Shown here piece by piece: positions 44,360-55,174 of a DNA stretch of 61,909 nucleotides. How positions within the stretch are numbered: position 1 is the first letter of the stretch; each line of letters opens with the position of its first letter. A program made the translations under genes and the position numbers. The stretch lies in the IMG/VR virus record IMGVR_UViG_2061766007_004349; one strand, given 5' to 3'. This DNA comes from an uncultured virus (IMG/VR IMGVR_UViG_2061766007_004349) (taxonomy: Duplodnaviria; Heunggongvirae; Uroviricota; Caudoviricetes). A model generated the notes under the pieces. The model made no database searches and was not told the origin of the DNA. It worked only from the letters and a program-made list of their open reading frames with translations.

Positions 44360-46155
44360 TTATTCATCAGAATGGTTTCTTTCGCTGAGCAAGAATCCAT
44401 AACGACCTTCTTTTTCATCCATTGTGAATTCAATAAGATTCACACTTTGATAATCTACATTTCCAGGTAATTCGTTTTCTGCGATGATGACCTGGTTACT
44501 GCCACAGTTTTCAATAATGTATCTGAACAGAGACTCTCGCATTCCTGGAGTAGCTTTTTCCTTCTCAGACACGATTTTCTTTTTCTCTTTCAATGACAGA
44601 ATTGGTGAATCAAGGACGAGAATATGAAATGCGTACTTTGCTGTTCTCTCCATTACTTTAAGGAGGTTGAAAAGCATTATTGTATTCAAATATGCCCGAT
44701 ATCCTTTGCCTTCGTCTTTTTTGTACTTCCCATTGACAACCGCATCGCAAGTGTCCAATTCAACCCGAGCGGTAAGGAAACCAGGATATGCGCATGCCTT
44801 TACTATAGCCGCAAATTGATCACTAAGGTCTTGCCACTTTTCTTTGGGGAACATATCACGGGCGCTAAACTTTTTATACGCTTCTTCCTCTTCAGTGTTA
44901 TTTTGAGTCGCATCTGTGTTTAGCTCTGTAGCCATGGAATCAATAGCAAACAATTCCTGCCTTGTTTGTAGAATGCGTTTGTAGGAGTCTACGGTTTGTC
45001 GCAATTCATTCATCCGGGGACGAAGTTTTCTATTGACAAGTCCCATAACTGATTCGTTTTCTTCATTCAGTGCTTTGATTTGCGCTTCGAGGGCAGTAAT
45101 CTCTACCTGCACATCTTGTTCTGCGCCTCGCAGGTCATCAAGCTGAAGATTAATCCTTTTTAATTCTGCCGTGGAAGCCTCTACATATGAAATACGGCTT
45201 NNNNNNNNNNCTTTTTTTCCCCATCAATTATGAATCTCAGCCGTTTAATATCTGAAGCGTATTGGGTATGTAAAGCCTTATAGCGGTTTTGTAGGAAACG
45301 TGCTTCTTCGAGTTTTGTACTGACTTCATATATTTTTGCAAGCAAACTGCGACTTCGGGCGTTAGCATTCATGATTTGGCTGTCAGTGGTTTCAATCTCA
45401 TGAAGAATATCTTCGATCTTTTGATCCATATCGACATCTGTCATCCCTGCAACATCTTTCTCCAGCTGCTCACGCCTTTTTGTCAGTTCTTGAATTTTCT
45501 GGTTTAAATATATAATAACTCCAGCTTTTTGTGTTGCCTTTTTCTCTCTTGTTTCTTTATCCTCAGCAGGGACAACATTAGCAAATGCATTTCCGGTCAG
45601 CAAGAAAAGAAGCCCCATAAGACTCAAATTAATCTTATTATACTTTCTGGAGTCGAACACTGTTTGCTTTGTGAGAATATTGCTCTCATCTATAAAGAAA
45701 AAGTGAAAAATCGAACGGAAAGTAAGATCTACTAAATCATAGTCCTGATTTGAGATTATTTGAGGTCTTTTTCGTATCCCCATGAGGCGGAGAAGAAAAT
45801 CACTGTATTCCTTTTTCTTAATATTGTAGGCCCCATCTTCTATATCATCAAACGGGCTTTCCACACGAACTGTTCCCGCACCTGTTTCTCCTTTTTGGCC
45901 GTCAACAATCTTCCTCTCCAAGTAGGCTACAGATCCATCATCAGACTCAAGCCGCATTCCTACCGTATCATACCCTGTCGAACCCATGGTGAAGGGAATA
46001 TCACCACCAAAAATGAAATCGATGCAGCTAATCACATATGACTTACCAGTATTAGACGGCCCATGAATAATATTCACACCATCGTTAAAAGGTATGCTTG
46101 AGTATTTTACTTTTGGGCCGGTAGCTATTATTTCTGTTATATGGAACCGACTCAT
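44360..46155 (-). CDS. ABC three-component (Lamassu-like) SMC/ABC ATPase; one gene split by the gap at 45201
   Basis: GPSNTGKS, coiled coils, GKGYRA, LVLDSP and QVIIAEN motifs; frame open up to the gap. Confidence 0.85.
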
Positions 46156-46157
46156 GC

Positions 46158-46607
46158 TTAGTCTCCTTTGCTTATTGATGCGGCGGACAATCGATTTATA
46201 TACGCGATGACTGCACTTTCAGATCGTCCACAAACCTTTTTAACCACATTTACTGCGTTAGTTTTGTATTCCTTCGCATAATCACTGGTGAAGCTTTCAG
46301 CCAGTTTTTTCCCTTGTTCAGAAGCAGCATATGCAATACCGTCACTTGTTCGTATTGGAAGAACTAATCCTTCCAGTACAAGGTTTTTTAACGCATTTTG
46401 TACGATTTGCCTTCTGGATGCAAATTCACTAAATTTGTACTGATTGTCTCCGTTCAGATCAGCAATAGAAATACCAAATACTTTTCCATAGGTGGTCATA
46501 AAGTCTGCTGCATATAACATATCTACAGTTTGCGGATCTGAAAATACATTAAGCAGTAATAGGATTCGGAGGGAGTTTTCAAATGTGCTATTAAACACTC
46601 GAGGCAC
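46158..46607 (-). CDS. ABC-3C middle component
   Basis: FNSTFENSLRILLLL...DF...Y...LNGDN...EF..RR. Confidence 0.8.
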   Translation of the reverse strand: MPRVFNSTFENSLRILLLLNVFSDPQTVDMLYAADFMTTYGKVFGISIADLNGDNQYKFSEFASRRQIVQNALKNLVLEGLVLPIRTSDGIAYAASEQGKKLAESFTSDYAKEYKTNAVNVVKKVCGRSESAVIAYINRLSAASISKGD

Positions 46608-47589
46608 GTTTAATCACCCAACCTTCCAGTTTACCTTCATTCACAAGTACATGACAGACCCCTTTTTTCTGGGAATTACCTACCCATACTGTATCTCGAG
46701 CAATCCAGCATTGATCAACTGGCGCATGCATAGCAGCCTCCAATGTTGCACGTAGTCTATCAAAGCCAGTGTTTAGGGATGGGTTTTCCCATACATCGAT
46801 AACGCCATTATAGATTTCGTTTTCAAGAATTGTAAAATACTCCTCCTCATCATCTCCATAGAAATCTCTTGTTCCACGCCGGATAGCTTCGGCAGCGAAG
46901 TAATCTCCTCTTTGCCGAGTAAAATGCGAACGATATTTATTGTATTTACCGTTGAGGTCATCCTCTGTCATAGATAATATTTTAGCATCTTCAGCATATA
47001 CATCCATGAGCGCATTTGTGTAACGTCGTTCTTTGGGCTGTACTCGGTCTGATGGGGTTTCTGATTGAAGAGGATGGTGCTTGGCATCATCCTTATTCAT
47101 CTCAGATGTGTTCTGTGTCTTGGTTTCAAGTACATTCTTGGGCTGTAAAGATTGAATATATGCTTTCGCCAGAAAACTGCTGATAGCGTTTTTTTGTGCC
47201 AATTCATGCAATTCGTTTCTGATCGAAGGCGCAATTGTTTCATCTTCCTGGATGATTGAATCCAATCGATGGATCAAGTTTATTTCTGATCCATGAAGAA
47301 GTCGTTTTACGACTTTCGTCTCAAAGAAGTGGTCAATCGACCCAATGACAGCAGAGTCATGAGAGTGTTTTCGGATCGTTTGATTAACATTGCCACCCCG
47401 CAATCGTTTAAAGATCTTGGAAGCAGTGCCTTTGCTTACTGTAATGGTTTCTCCCCTTCTGTTCAAAAGACCGGCAGGTTCTGAAATCGCATCATAAAGA
47501 AGGTTGACCAAATCAGGCTCAGATATCGTTTCGTTCCAAGCCCCTTTCAATTCTTCCAAATAAACTGCGAAAACGAGCTTTGCCTCCAT
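46591..47589 (-). CDS. ABC-3C effector/CTD protein with unrecognised N-terminal domain
   Basis: C-terminal Y..ALMDVY, RQR.DYF.AE, IYNGV and KKGVCHVLVNEG...W motifs. Confidence 0.75.
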   Translation of the reverse strand: MEAKLVFAVYLEELKGAWNETISEPDLVNLLYDAISEPAGLLNRRGETITVSKGTASKIFKRLRGGNVNQTIRKHSHDSAVIGSIDHFFETKVVKRLLHGSEINLIHRLDSIIQEDETIAPSIRNELHELAQKNAISSFLAKAYIQSLQPKNVLETKTQNTSEMNKDDAKHHPLQSETPSDRVQPKERRYTNALMDVYAEDAKILSMTEDDLNGKYNKYRSHFTRQRGDYFAAEAIRRGTRDFYGDDEEEYFTILENEIYNGVIDVWENPSLNTGFDRLRATLEAAMHAPVDQCWIARDTVWVGNSQKKGVCHVLVNEGKLEGWVIKRASSV

Positions 47590-47778
47590 TCGACCCTCCA
47601 AATTGGAAACCTCCGTATAACTTCTGGGTAACCTCTGGGGCTCTACTGCTCCAGGGGTTTTCTTTATAATCCAATTGTGTGATACACATCAAGGACACAT
47701 GGATAATCATCGTCCTTGATTATATCACATGGGGTCGCGGAAATCAATTTTTTTGATGCGGATGCAAAAGAAAAATTT

Positions 47779-47970
47779 GCCTGATTCCGTGGCTGAATGC
47801 AGCGCATTGGTGCTGGCCAGCAATGATCCGGCGCTGCAAGTTACATGGCACTCGACTACCGGAAGCCGAGCTGCAACTTGGAACGGATAACCGTTCAGAT
47901 GCGCAGCTCAGCCTCCTTCTTGGCTTATGCATATCTGAGGCTTTCCGTTCCTGACCAGAATGGAGGGCTG
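47779..47970 (+). ncRNA. Candidate structured 5' leader
   Basis: Several stems, including two mutually exclusive ones, and an anti-SD segment. Confidence 0.4.
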
Positions 47971-47971
47971 T

Positions 47972-48478
47972 ATGTCAGACCAAGAGAATCGCCGATATTT
48001 CTATCCTATTCGCAATTCAGAAAACCCCTTCGACATTGAACTGGTTGAAATCACCGAGGAACAGTATCGTGCCCTCTATCCCGATATCTGGCGCACTCAA
48101 AAACGAGAGCGCAACCTGGGCCGCTGCCATTGCCCTCCAAAGCACCTATGGCGCTGTGATACAGATTGTTTTCTCTGCCCATATCATGCCGCAGGCCAAA
48201 TCTGGTCTTTGGAACAGGAAGAGGAAATTATGGGGGATCATCACAGCGCACCGAATTCTGATCCTTCTGATGCTGTTACAGATCAGCTTTTGCTGCGGCA
48301 GCTTATCCACCGTCTTGGCGAATTGTGTCCAGAAGCTCTGGAAGTTGGTCACTTGCAACTGGAAGGACTATCAGTGCGTGATGCGGTAGAAAAACTGGGG
48401 TTGCCGCGAACCAGCTATCGTCGTCATCTAAAAGAAGCCGAAAAAAAGCTCCGCGAGGAGTATGGGGACATCTTCTAA
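47972..48478 (+). CDS. Phage-type sigma70 region-4-like regulator with Cys cluster
   Basis: RCHCP...CDTDCFLCPY; EGLSVRD...LGLPRTSY HTH. Confidence 0.75.
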   Translation: MSDQENRRYFYPIRNSENPFDIELVEITEEQYRALYPDIWRTQKRERNLGRCHCPPKHLWRCDTDCFLCPYHAAGQIWSLEQEEEIMGDHHSAPNSDPSDAVTDQLLLRQLIHRLGELCPEALEVGHLQLEGLSVRDAVEKLGLPRTSYRRHLKEAEKKLREEYGDIF

Positions 48479-48483
48479 AAACA

Positions 48484-48517
48484 AGACCTGGAGCATCATC
48501 GTTCCAGGTCTCCTTTT
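48484..48517. terminator. Hairpin terminator between convergent genes
   Basis: AGACCTGGA/TCCAGGTCT stem with T-rich flanks. Confidence 0.6.
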
Positions 48518-48523
48518 AGCTTG

Positions 48524-49170
48524 TTATACAATCGGTTTGATGCAGCACACCTGAATGCCCATTTGCTTGGCGTACTGAACGGTCATTTGCGTCCCGCCCG
48601 GTTGCCCATCATATGCAGCCAATAGCAAATCTGCGTTTTCCACAAGATAGCGATTCCGCAGAAACATGCAGGATTTTGTGTATTCGTGTCCGGTTGCTGT
48701 TACGATGTCGGCTTGATTAAACAGCGCATCGTGCCGCTTCTGGTATTCAGGAGCCCATTTGGCAGCTTGTCCATCAAAAGGCGATACCATCTCCAACAAG
48801 ATTTCCGGGTAGCTCTTCTTTAACGCCAATACTGTTTCTGCTGCGAACATGTCCATGCCCAGCGCCCCGCCAGAAATAAAATGCTGGTAGCCTTGCCAGA
48901 TAAAGCTCTCAATCGTATCGTGCAAACGCTTCTTGAAATCAATGCAGCGCTCGTCCTGCTCATTAAACCCGAAAGGCATCTTCTGGGGCCGGTACCCGGT
49001 AAACGCCACGNNNNNNNNNNACTCTCAATTGTGTCGTGCAGCCGCTTCTTGAAATCAATACAGCGCTCGTCCTGTTCATTAAACCCGAAAGGCATCTTTT
49101 GGGGCCGGTACCCGGTAAACGCCACACGCCTGCTCTTCGGGACGTTTTTCACTCTTACAATATTCTCCAT
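48524..49170 (-). CDS. SLOG/YspA (DUF1273) family protein (overlap duplicated at gap)
   Basis: AFTGYRP, FISGGALGMD, RNRYLV and YDGQPGGT motifs. Confidence 0.85.
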
Positions 49171-49219
49171 ACTCTGCAAGTCTCCTTACAACAGAATAAT
49201 CGTATCGTAGTTCAATCCT

Positions 49220-49743
49220 TCACAGAAAGCTTATCTGGATGCCGAAAGTGATAGGTTGGTTCACGTTGCCTCGCTTCTTTTCGTAATACCACGGCTTTTC
49301 TTGAAAGATGACCGACCGTTTCGGAGCAGCTACACCCATTAATGATTCTTCATCGTCAAAGCCGCCGTGATCTTCCCAATCCTCCCAGGGCTTGTTTTCT
49401 TTCTGAATCTGTGTGGCTGTATTCATGCGCATCCAAAGCTTCCCCCTCATGCTGATGCCTGTACAAAGTATCGGCTGTTATCATCACAACGGTATCGGGC
49501 AACATTCCGTTGCAGATCCATACCGAACCAGGCGAGCATTCCATCCGTTATTTCGGTAGCGAGGGGACGATCTACGCTGACATAGATCCGTTCGCTATCG
49601 CGGGCCGTGCTGATAATTGCCGAACCATAGCGATATGATCTTACCTGCCCATCTGTCTTATAATGCCGCAACAATTGTGGCTTGAACATCCCGAACCCAT
49701 GGCTGTTGGAAGGAACAATGAGTCTGATATGACGCTGAAGCAT
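49220..49743 (-). CDS. Two small coupled hypothetical ORFs (49447-49743, 49220-49450)
   Basis: AAGGAGG RBS; ATGA overlap. Confidence 0.45.
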
Positions 49744-49842
49744 TGATAAGTCCTCCTTTACGAAAGTATGTTCTCATTGAACTGTCATATGAAAGGCGGA
49801 CTTCGATCCGCCCCACCAACATCGAAAACGCAGCCAGTTTCC

Positions 49843-50268
49843 TCACATGCCCATGGCGTCGTAATAATCATCTTCATCCAACTCACGGCATCCTATGACT
49901 TTCGCTTTTGCGCTATGCAAGCCTGCCGCATTGATAGGCCCGTTAAATTCTAAACGTCCATCGACTGCCTTGCAGTCCAGAATCAAAGTGCCGCCGTCCG
50001 CTGTTTGCAGGCACAGATGCTTCGGCTGATTACTATCCCCATCCAGGCTTACGGTAGAGTTGATTGCCAGCGACCGTGGGCTGCCGGGTTTCGTCTCGAT
50101 CAGAATACCTTGTTCTTGCAATCTGATTATATGCCGGTGGACAGTGCTGGCTGAGCAGATGCCGATCCCGGCGCATATCTCGCGGATCGTGGGTGAAAAC
50201 CCATGTTTTCTGTCATAATCAGAGATGTATCCCAGGATTCTCTGGGGAACGTCAGATATTTTCGGCAT
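49843..50268 (-). CDS. LexA-type DNA-binding domain protein without peptidase domain
   Basis: GFSPTIREIC.GIGI.SASTVHRHI..L...G. Confidence 0.8.
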   Translation of the reverse strand: MPKISDVPQRILGYISDYDRKHGFSPTIREICAGIGICSASTVHRHIIRLQEQGILIETKPGSPRSLAINSTVSLDGDSNQPKHLCLQTADGGTLILDCKAVDGRLEFNGPINAAGLHSAKAKVIGCRELDEDDYYDAMGM

Positions 50269-50553
50269 CTATTTCACCCGCCTTTCCACAAACCATTTGC
50301 CGATCTTTTCAGCCCCGTATTCCGGGCTGTGCTCAAAGAAAAGAAATCGTTGCTGTCCGCCAATCATAACTGTGTACCGGTCACCTTGCCCTCCGGCCTT
50401 CATTGCCGGAGCAGGTTGAATCTTCAACACACGGTCGATTTCATATTTGTGGCCGTCCTCCCATTCAATGATGCGGGGAAGCATTGTCCCGTCAGCGGCA
50501 AAATGCACCTCCACCTGAATGTATTCCTTCTTGTACTTGGCAGTCTCAGCCAT
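50269..50553 (-). CDS. Conserved small protein usually linked to clostridial DinB
   Basis: F..DG.M.P..I.WEDG..YEIDRV...KAGGQGDRYTV. Confidence 0.75.
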   Translation of the reverse strand: MAETAKYKKEYIQVEVHFAADGTMLPRIIEWEDGHKYEIDRVLKIQPAPAMKAGGQGDRYTVMIGGQQRFLFFEHSPEYGAEKIGKWFVERRVK

Positions 50554-50632
50554 AGCAATCGCCTCCGAAAAAAGGTGCAGAAAATAAGCCGAACGGTAAT
50601 CCCGTTCAGTAAATAGATCGTATTCTCAGCCT

Positions 50633-51481
50633 TTACTTCTTTTCCCGCAGAATCTCTTCCAGTACGCTCTGTTCTTCTCGGGTGGGGTAATCACCATGTT
50701 CCACCACACCAAGTACCCTGCCGACGGTGCGGCTTTCATCATATTCTCTCAACTGGATATCGTCATATGCAGGATTCAGGGAATGAAGATAGCTCCCCTG
50801 GTACTGCTTGATGAAACCATCGCCGTTGATCACGAATAGGCCAATCTCACCGATCTCCAAATTCGGCGTATGCTCAACATACACATCCTGTCCGTCATGG
50901 AAATCAGGCTCCATGGACGCGCCGTTGACTGTGACAATTTCATCTGCTTGATCAGACATCCAGTTATTCCGGATGAATACTTGCTCACCGGATTCATCTG
51001 CTTCCAGAGCGAGACCGCTGCCAGCAGCAGCCTGCTGATAGTTGTGATAGATGAGGTGGAACTGTGTCCGGCACCGATCCCACAACTCCGCCGTGGCAAT
51101 CTCAGCCATCTTTGAAAGCGCAGCGTCTAAGATCACGCGATCCCGAGGACTGATACTCCTGTACTCCTCCATATGCCGTTGCTCTGCATCAGATAAGCTA
51201 TCAAGGCTGGCCGGAGCGTTGAAAAAGGCGGCGATGCTGATACCAAGCTCTCTGCAGAGGGCAGGGATCAGGTTGAGATCCGGGCGTGCACGGCCAGTCT
51301 CCCAATGTCCTATGTAATTCTTTTGAACACCAAGACTCTGGGCCAGCTGAGTCTGGGTCAATCCCAATAGGCTGCGCCTGGCATGAATCAGATCACCGTA
51401 TTGCTTCTTATTGAAGGAAAGAGTGCTGGCTTCCTTCGCTTCCGCAATCGTAGTGATGTTTCCGGCTGTAGGCTTCTTCAT
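50633..51481 (-). CDS. XRE HTH-S24 peptidase (CI/LexA-like) repressor
   Basis: LTQTQLA...WETGRARP; AAG cleavage site, GASMEP, IK and SLNPAY motifs. Confidence 0.85.
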   Translation of the reverse strand: MKKPTAGNITTIAEAKEASTLSFNKKQYGDLIHARRSLLGLTQTQLAQSLGVQKNYIGHWETGRARPDLNLIPALCRELGISIAAFFNAPASLDSLSDAEQRHMEEYRSISPRDRVILDAALSKMAEIATAELWDRCRTQFHLIYHNYQQAAAGSGLALEADESGEQVFIRNNWMSDQADEIVTVNGASMEPDFHDGQDVYVEHTPNLEIGEIGLFVINGDGFIKQYQGSYLHSLNPAYDDIQLREYDESRTVGRVLGVVEHGDYPTREEQSVLEEILREKK

Positions 51482-51717
51482 ACCGAGCCCTCCTTGCACG
51501 AGTCTGAATATATCATAACACAGCTTCTATCGTTTGACAAGACCAAAAGAACAAAAATTTTATACTTTATATCTCTTCGTGTCAGATTATTAAATTTTTA
51601 CGGTGATACATACGTTCGCAATAGGCTGTTGAAAGGACAAAATTTTTGTGCTAACATTTCGCAGGAAGGCACAGCCTCATTAGGAAATCTGACACTGTTC
51701 TGGAGGAGGGATGTTGG

Positions 51718-52956
51718 ATGAGTGTAATCCTTCACAGTGACCTCAACTGCTTTTACGCCAGCGTAGAGATGAATGAGCATCCCCAGCTCAAAGGGAAGAA
51801 AGTTGCGGTCTGCGGCTCGACGGAGAACCGACATGGTATCGTACTGACCGCCAGTTATCCCGCAAAACACAGCGGCGTGAAAACCGGTATGGCCAATTGG
51901 CAGGCAAAACAGGCATGCCCCGGTCTCATCATGGTTGATCCTCACTACGATCTGTATCTGAAATATTCCAGGATCGTCCGGCGCATCTACCAGCGGTACT
52001 CTGAAATCATCGAGCCATTTGGCATGGATGAAAACTGGATACAGCTTCCCTTCACAAACGATGTGGAGGGAATCGGATTCCAGACCGCTGAAGAAATCCG
52101 CAGAACGGTTGAGAGCGAAACCGGGCTTACTGTTTCCGTTGGGGTCAGCTTTTCAAAGATATTTGCGAAGCTCGGCAGCGACATGAAAAAGCCCAATGCT
52201 GTCACCGTTATCCCCCGCACAGGATATAAGGAAAAGGTGTGGCCGCTGCCGGTATCCGATCTGCTTTATGTCGGCCCNNNNNNNNNNNNNNNNNNNNNNN
52301 NNNNNNNNNNNNNNNNNNNNATCGGCGACCTGGCCAATGCCGACCCGCACCTGATCCACCAGAAACTCGGAAAAAATGGACTCATGCTGTATCAGTTTGC
52401 CAATGGGACAGACGGCGCACAGGTTATGCCAAGCGGATATGTTGTCCCGGTCAAGAGTGTCGGCCATGGAATCACTTGTACCCGTGATCTTGAAAGCAAT
52501 TATGAGGTCTGGCTGGTGTTGCTGGAGTTGGCGCAGGATGTAGGCCACCGTCTCCGCGTCCATGAAATACAGGTAAGGGCAGTGCAGGTATCTGTCCGGG
52601 ATAAAGACCTGGGCTGGTGCCAATGGCAGACACCGCTGGTTTATCCCTCCCAGAGTCCCTATGAGATCGCCTGTGCGGGCTTCGATCTATTCCGGCTGCG
52701 CTATACCTGGCAGAAACCCGTTCGTGCTCTGACCATCCGTGGGATCAATCCCATCAACGATTCAGCGCCAGTACAGCTGGACATTTTCAATGACTACGTT
52801 CCCAGAGGAAAACAAAAAGACCTGGATGACGCCATCGACGATATACGCAGACGGTATGGGAACCATGCAGTAATTAATGCTTGCCTCATGGGAGATCTGT
52901 ATATGGCAAACGACCGGTGTGAGACCGTACCGATGCCCAACCCCATGTATCAATAA
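51718..52956 (+). CDS. dinB: Y-family DNA polymerase IV
   Basis: [26 protein letters not shown] and FAKLGSD.KKP motifs. Confidence 0.9.
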   Translation: MSVILHSDLNCFYASVEMNEHPQLKGKKVAVCGSTENRHGIVLTASYPAKHSGVKTGMANWQAKQACPGLIMVDPHYDLYLKYSRIVRRIYQRYSEIIEPFGMDENWIQLPFTNDVEGIGFQTAEEIRRTVESETGLTVSVGVSFSKIFAKLGSDMKKPNAVTVIPRTGYKEKVWPLPVSDLLYVGXXXXXXXXXXXXXXXIGDLANADPHLIHQKLGKNGLMLYQFANGTDGAQVMPSGYVVPVKSVGHGITCTRDLESNYEVWLVLLELAQDVGHRLRVHEIQVRAVQVSVRDKDLGWCQWQTPLVYPSQSPYEIACAGFDLFRLRYTWQKPVRALTIRGINPINDSAPVQLDIFNDYVPRGKQKDLDDAIDDIRRRYGNHAVINACLMGDLYMANDRCETVPMPNPMYQ

Positions 52957-52980
52957 ATTACTGACCATAGTACAAGGAGG

Positions 52981-53148
52981 AATGTAGTTCGTGTAGTAAT
53001 CAATCTGCGCCTCATAGCTGGTGAACTGTTCGTCACTGTCCGTAGAAACGCGGGCATACCCGGCCACCCTGCGGTGGGCTGCAGTTGCGATTGGCGCAGT
53101 CGTGAAAAGGTTTCTGGTTTGTGGAATGACGGTGATTGTTTTAGCCAT
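52981..53148 (-). pseudogene. Truncated large serine recombinase (first ~56 codons)
   Basis: [26 protein letters not shown], then homology stops with no gap. Confidence 0.75.
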
Positions 53149-54525
53149 GGTGCCTCCTCATTGCACGTTCCCGTGCTTTTTCCCTCATTTCAGGAGTCCA
53201 ACTTTCCGCTCGGGAACGGTCTTTCCATTCCAGTGTATGAATTGTCCCGCCCCGTAAGTGAAGCTCCAGTGTATTCGGCCCGGTTGCAATGATGTATTCT
53301 ACCAGGCTGCTGAACGTCTCCGGGAGCCAGGGGTCAATATGAAGCGCCTCGCCGATTGTCTTTCGCAGCGTTTCTTCCGGTATCTTTTTGCTTTGACAGT
53401 AGACTTTGCCCTCCTTGTAGTAGGTGGGGCATACCCAAAGGGGAATACCACGCATTTGGACGCGCCGGAAGTTCTTCCCACAGTTGGGGCACCGGATCAT
53501 GCTCGTGAATTCGTTTGTAGTCTTTGGTTTTTTCTTGTTTACGGGCATTTCTGCAATGTCAGCAAGTCTCTTCTGTACTGCTGCGAATGTCTCTGGATCG
53601 ATAAGCGCGGGATGTGTTTCTGTGACGTAATATTGAGGAAGCTCACCGTGGTTGGCGAGCTTCTTCTTTTCGAGATGGTTATTCACGTATTTCTTCTGCA
53701 GCAGAGCGTTTCCAAGGTATTTTTCATTTGACAAAGCATCCCGGAGCCTTGGCGTCTGCCATTTCCCGCCCAGCGCACCGTAGTGGCCGGTTTGATTCAG
53801 CCACCGCGCCACCGAATTGAGGGATGCGCCTTCGGCCACCCGCCTGAAGGCTTCCTGTGCAATAGGCCCTTCCACGGGATCGATTTCGATGCCGTTCTCT
53901 TTGCTGATCCTGTAGCCGAACAGGAACCGCCAGCACATGATTTCNNNNNNNNNNCTCGATGCCATTCTCTTTGCTGATCCTGTAGCCGAACAGGAACCGC
54001 CAGCACATGATTTCTCCCTTCTCAAAGGCTTTCCTGATACGCCATTTCATGTTCTCACTGACTGAACGGCTTTCTTCCTGCGCATAGGATGCCAGGATTG
54101 TCAGCATAAGCTCACCGTCGGCGCTTTTACTATGGATGTTCTGCTCTTCAAAGAATACGTCGATACCCAGGTCTTTGAGCTCCCGAACCGTTTCCAACAG
54201 AATGACCGTGTTCCGGGCGAACCGCGATATGGATTTGGTGATGACCATCTGGATTTTNNNNNNNNNNCCGGCAATCCATGAGGAGCCTTTGAAACTCCTC
54301 ACGGCTGTCCTTGGTGCCGGAAACCGGTTCATCCGCATAGACTCCGCCATACTGCCAGCCGGGGTGACTCTGGATGAGATTGCTGTAATAACTCACCTGC
54401 GCTGACAGGGAATGGCGCATGGCATCTTTTTCTGATGATACCCGCGCATATGCCGCCACCCGGAATTCCGGAGCCAGTCTGGGCAGCGCTTCAACCCTTG
54501 AAACCCTTTTCTCCACGGGCTCCAC
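53141..54525 (-). CDS. Large serine recombinase (gapped)
   Basis: [31 protein letters not shown] and CPNCG...C...C motifs. Confidence 0.9.
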
Positions 54526-54533
54526 CTCCTTTG

Positions 54534-54728
54534 TTAGTGTGGCATATTACCTCTGCTTTCCTTATATAGCAACCCTTTATCCCGGAATAAACTCGATAAA
54601 GGCAAACTATATTTTTTGAGAAGAACACAATCGATCTTCTCAAAATCCTCCAGGCTGATGATGCCAGTTTTCAACATGCGGCGGGCCTGCGCAATCGCGG
54701 AGCAGTACCCGATGATATCCTTATTCAC
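54534..54728 (-). CDS. SHOCT-like small protein of the recombinase cluster (variant at 55229-55423)
   Basis: ARRMLK.GIIS..D..KID..L..KY. Confidence 0.75.
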   Translation of the reverse strand: MNKDIIGYCSAIAQARRMLKTGIISLEDFEKIDCVLLKKYSLPLSSLFRDKGLLYKESRGNMPH

Positions 54729-55137
54729 GGGCTACACCCGCCTTCTGGGAACGAGCCTGTCCATAACAGGCGCGGGAACAATATCGCCCGTGATAGGTGT
54801 AAAAAGTGCGACCACACATCTCACAGGTCTGCTTGTGAGCCGATGCCCACTGGGACAGATCCCGGTGCTCATTCCAATAAGACACACGGCACCGGTCACT
54901 GCAGAAGGTTTTTGTCTTACCGTGCTGTGTTTGATCCAGGGGAGCACCGCACTGCCTGCAGCGGGTTTGATCCACTGTAATGCGTGGCACCGCGACCGGG
55001 GCTTCCTTCTTTCCGCTGGCACGGGACAGGAAGGATTTGATGGTGCCCAAGGGCAGTCCAGTGGTTTCCGCGATTGCAGAAAATGAGTATTGCTGCTGTC
55101 TCAGGGACAGAATAGCTGCCTTTTCTGCCTGTGTCAT
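54721..55137 (-). CDS. HTH plus zinc-finger protein of the recombinase cluster
   Basis: HTH, CRQCG, FCSDRCR..YW, CEMCG and YCSRACY motifs. Confidence 0.8.
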   Translation of the reverse strand: MTQAEKAAILSLRQQQYSFSAIAETTGLPLGTIKSFLSRASGKKEAPVAVPRITVDQTRCRQCGAPLDQTQHGKTKTFCSDRCRVSYWNEHRDLSQWASAHKQTCEMCGRTFYTYHGRYCSRACYGQARSQKAGVARE

Positions 55138-55174
55138 TTCCAGATTCCTCCGTTCTGAGGATCNNNNNNNNNNT

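Noticed and set aside
44360..46155. Split or frameshifted ABC ATPase
   Set aside because: The frame change coincides with the arbitrary 10-N gap.
51605..51618. Canonical Bacillota SOS box before dinB
   Set aside because: Only the GTTCG half matches; the left half ATAC differs from GAAC.
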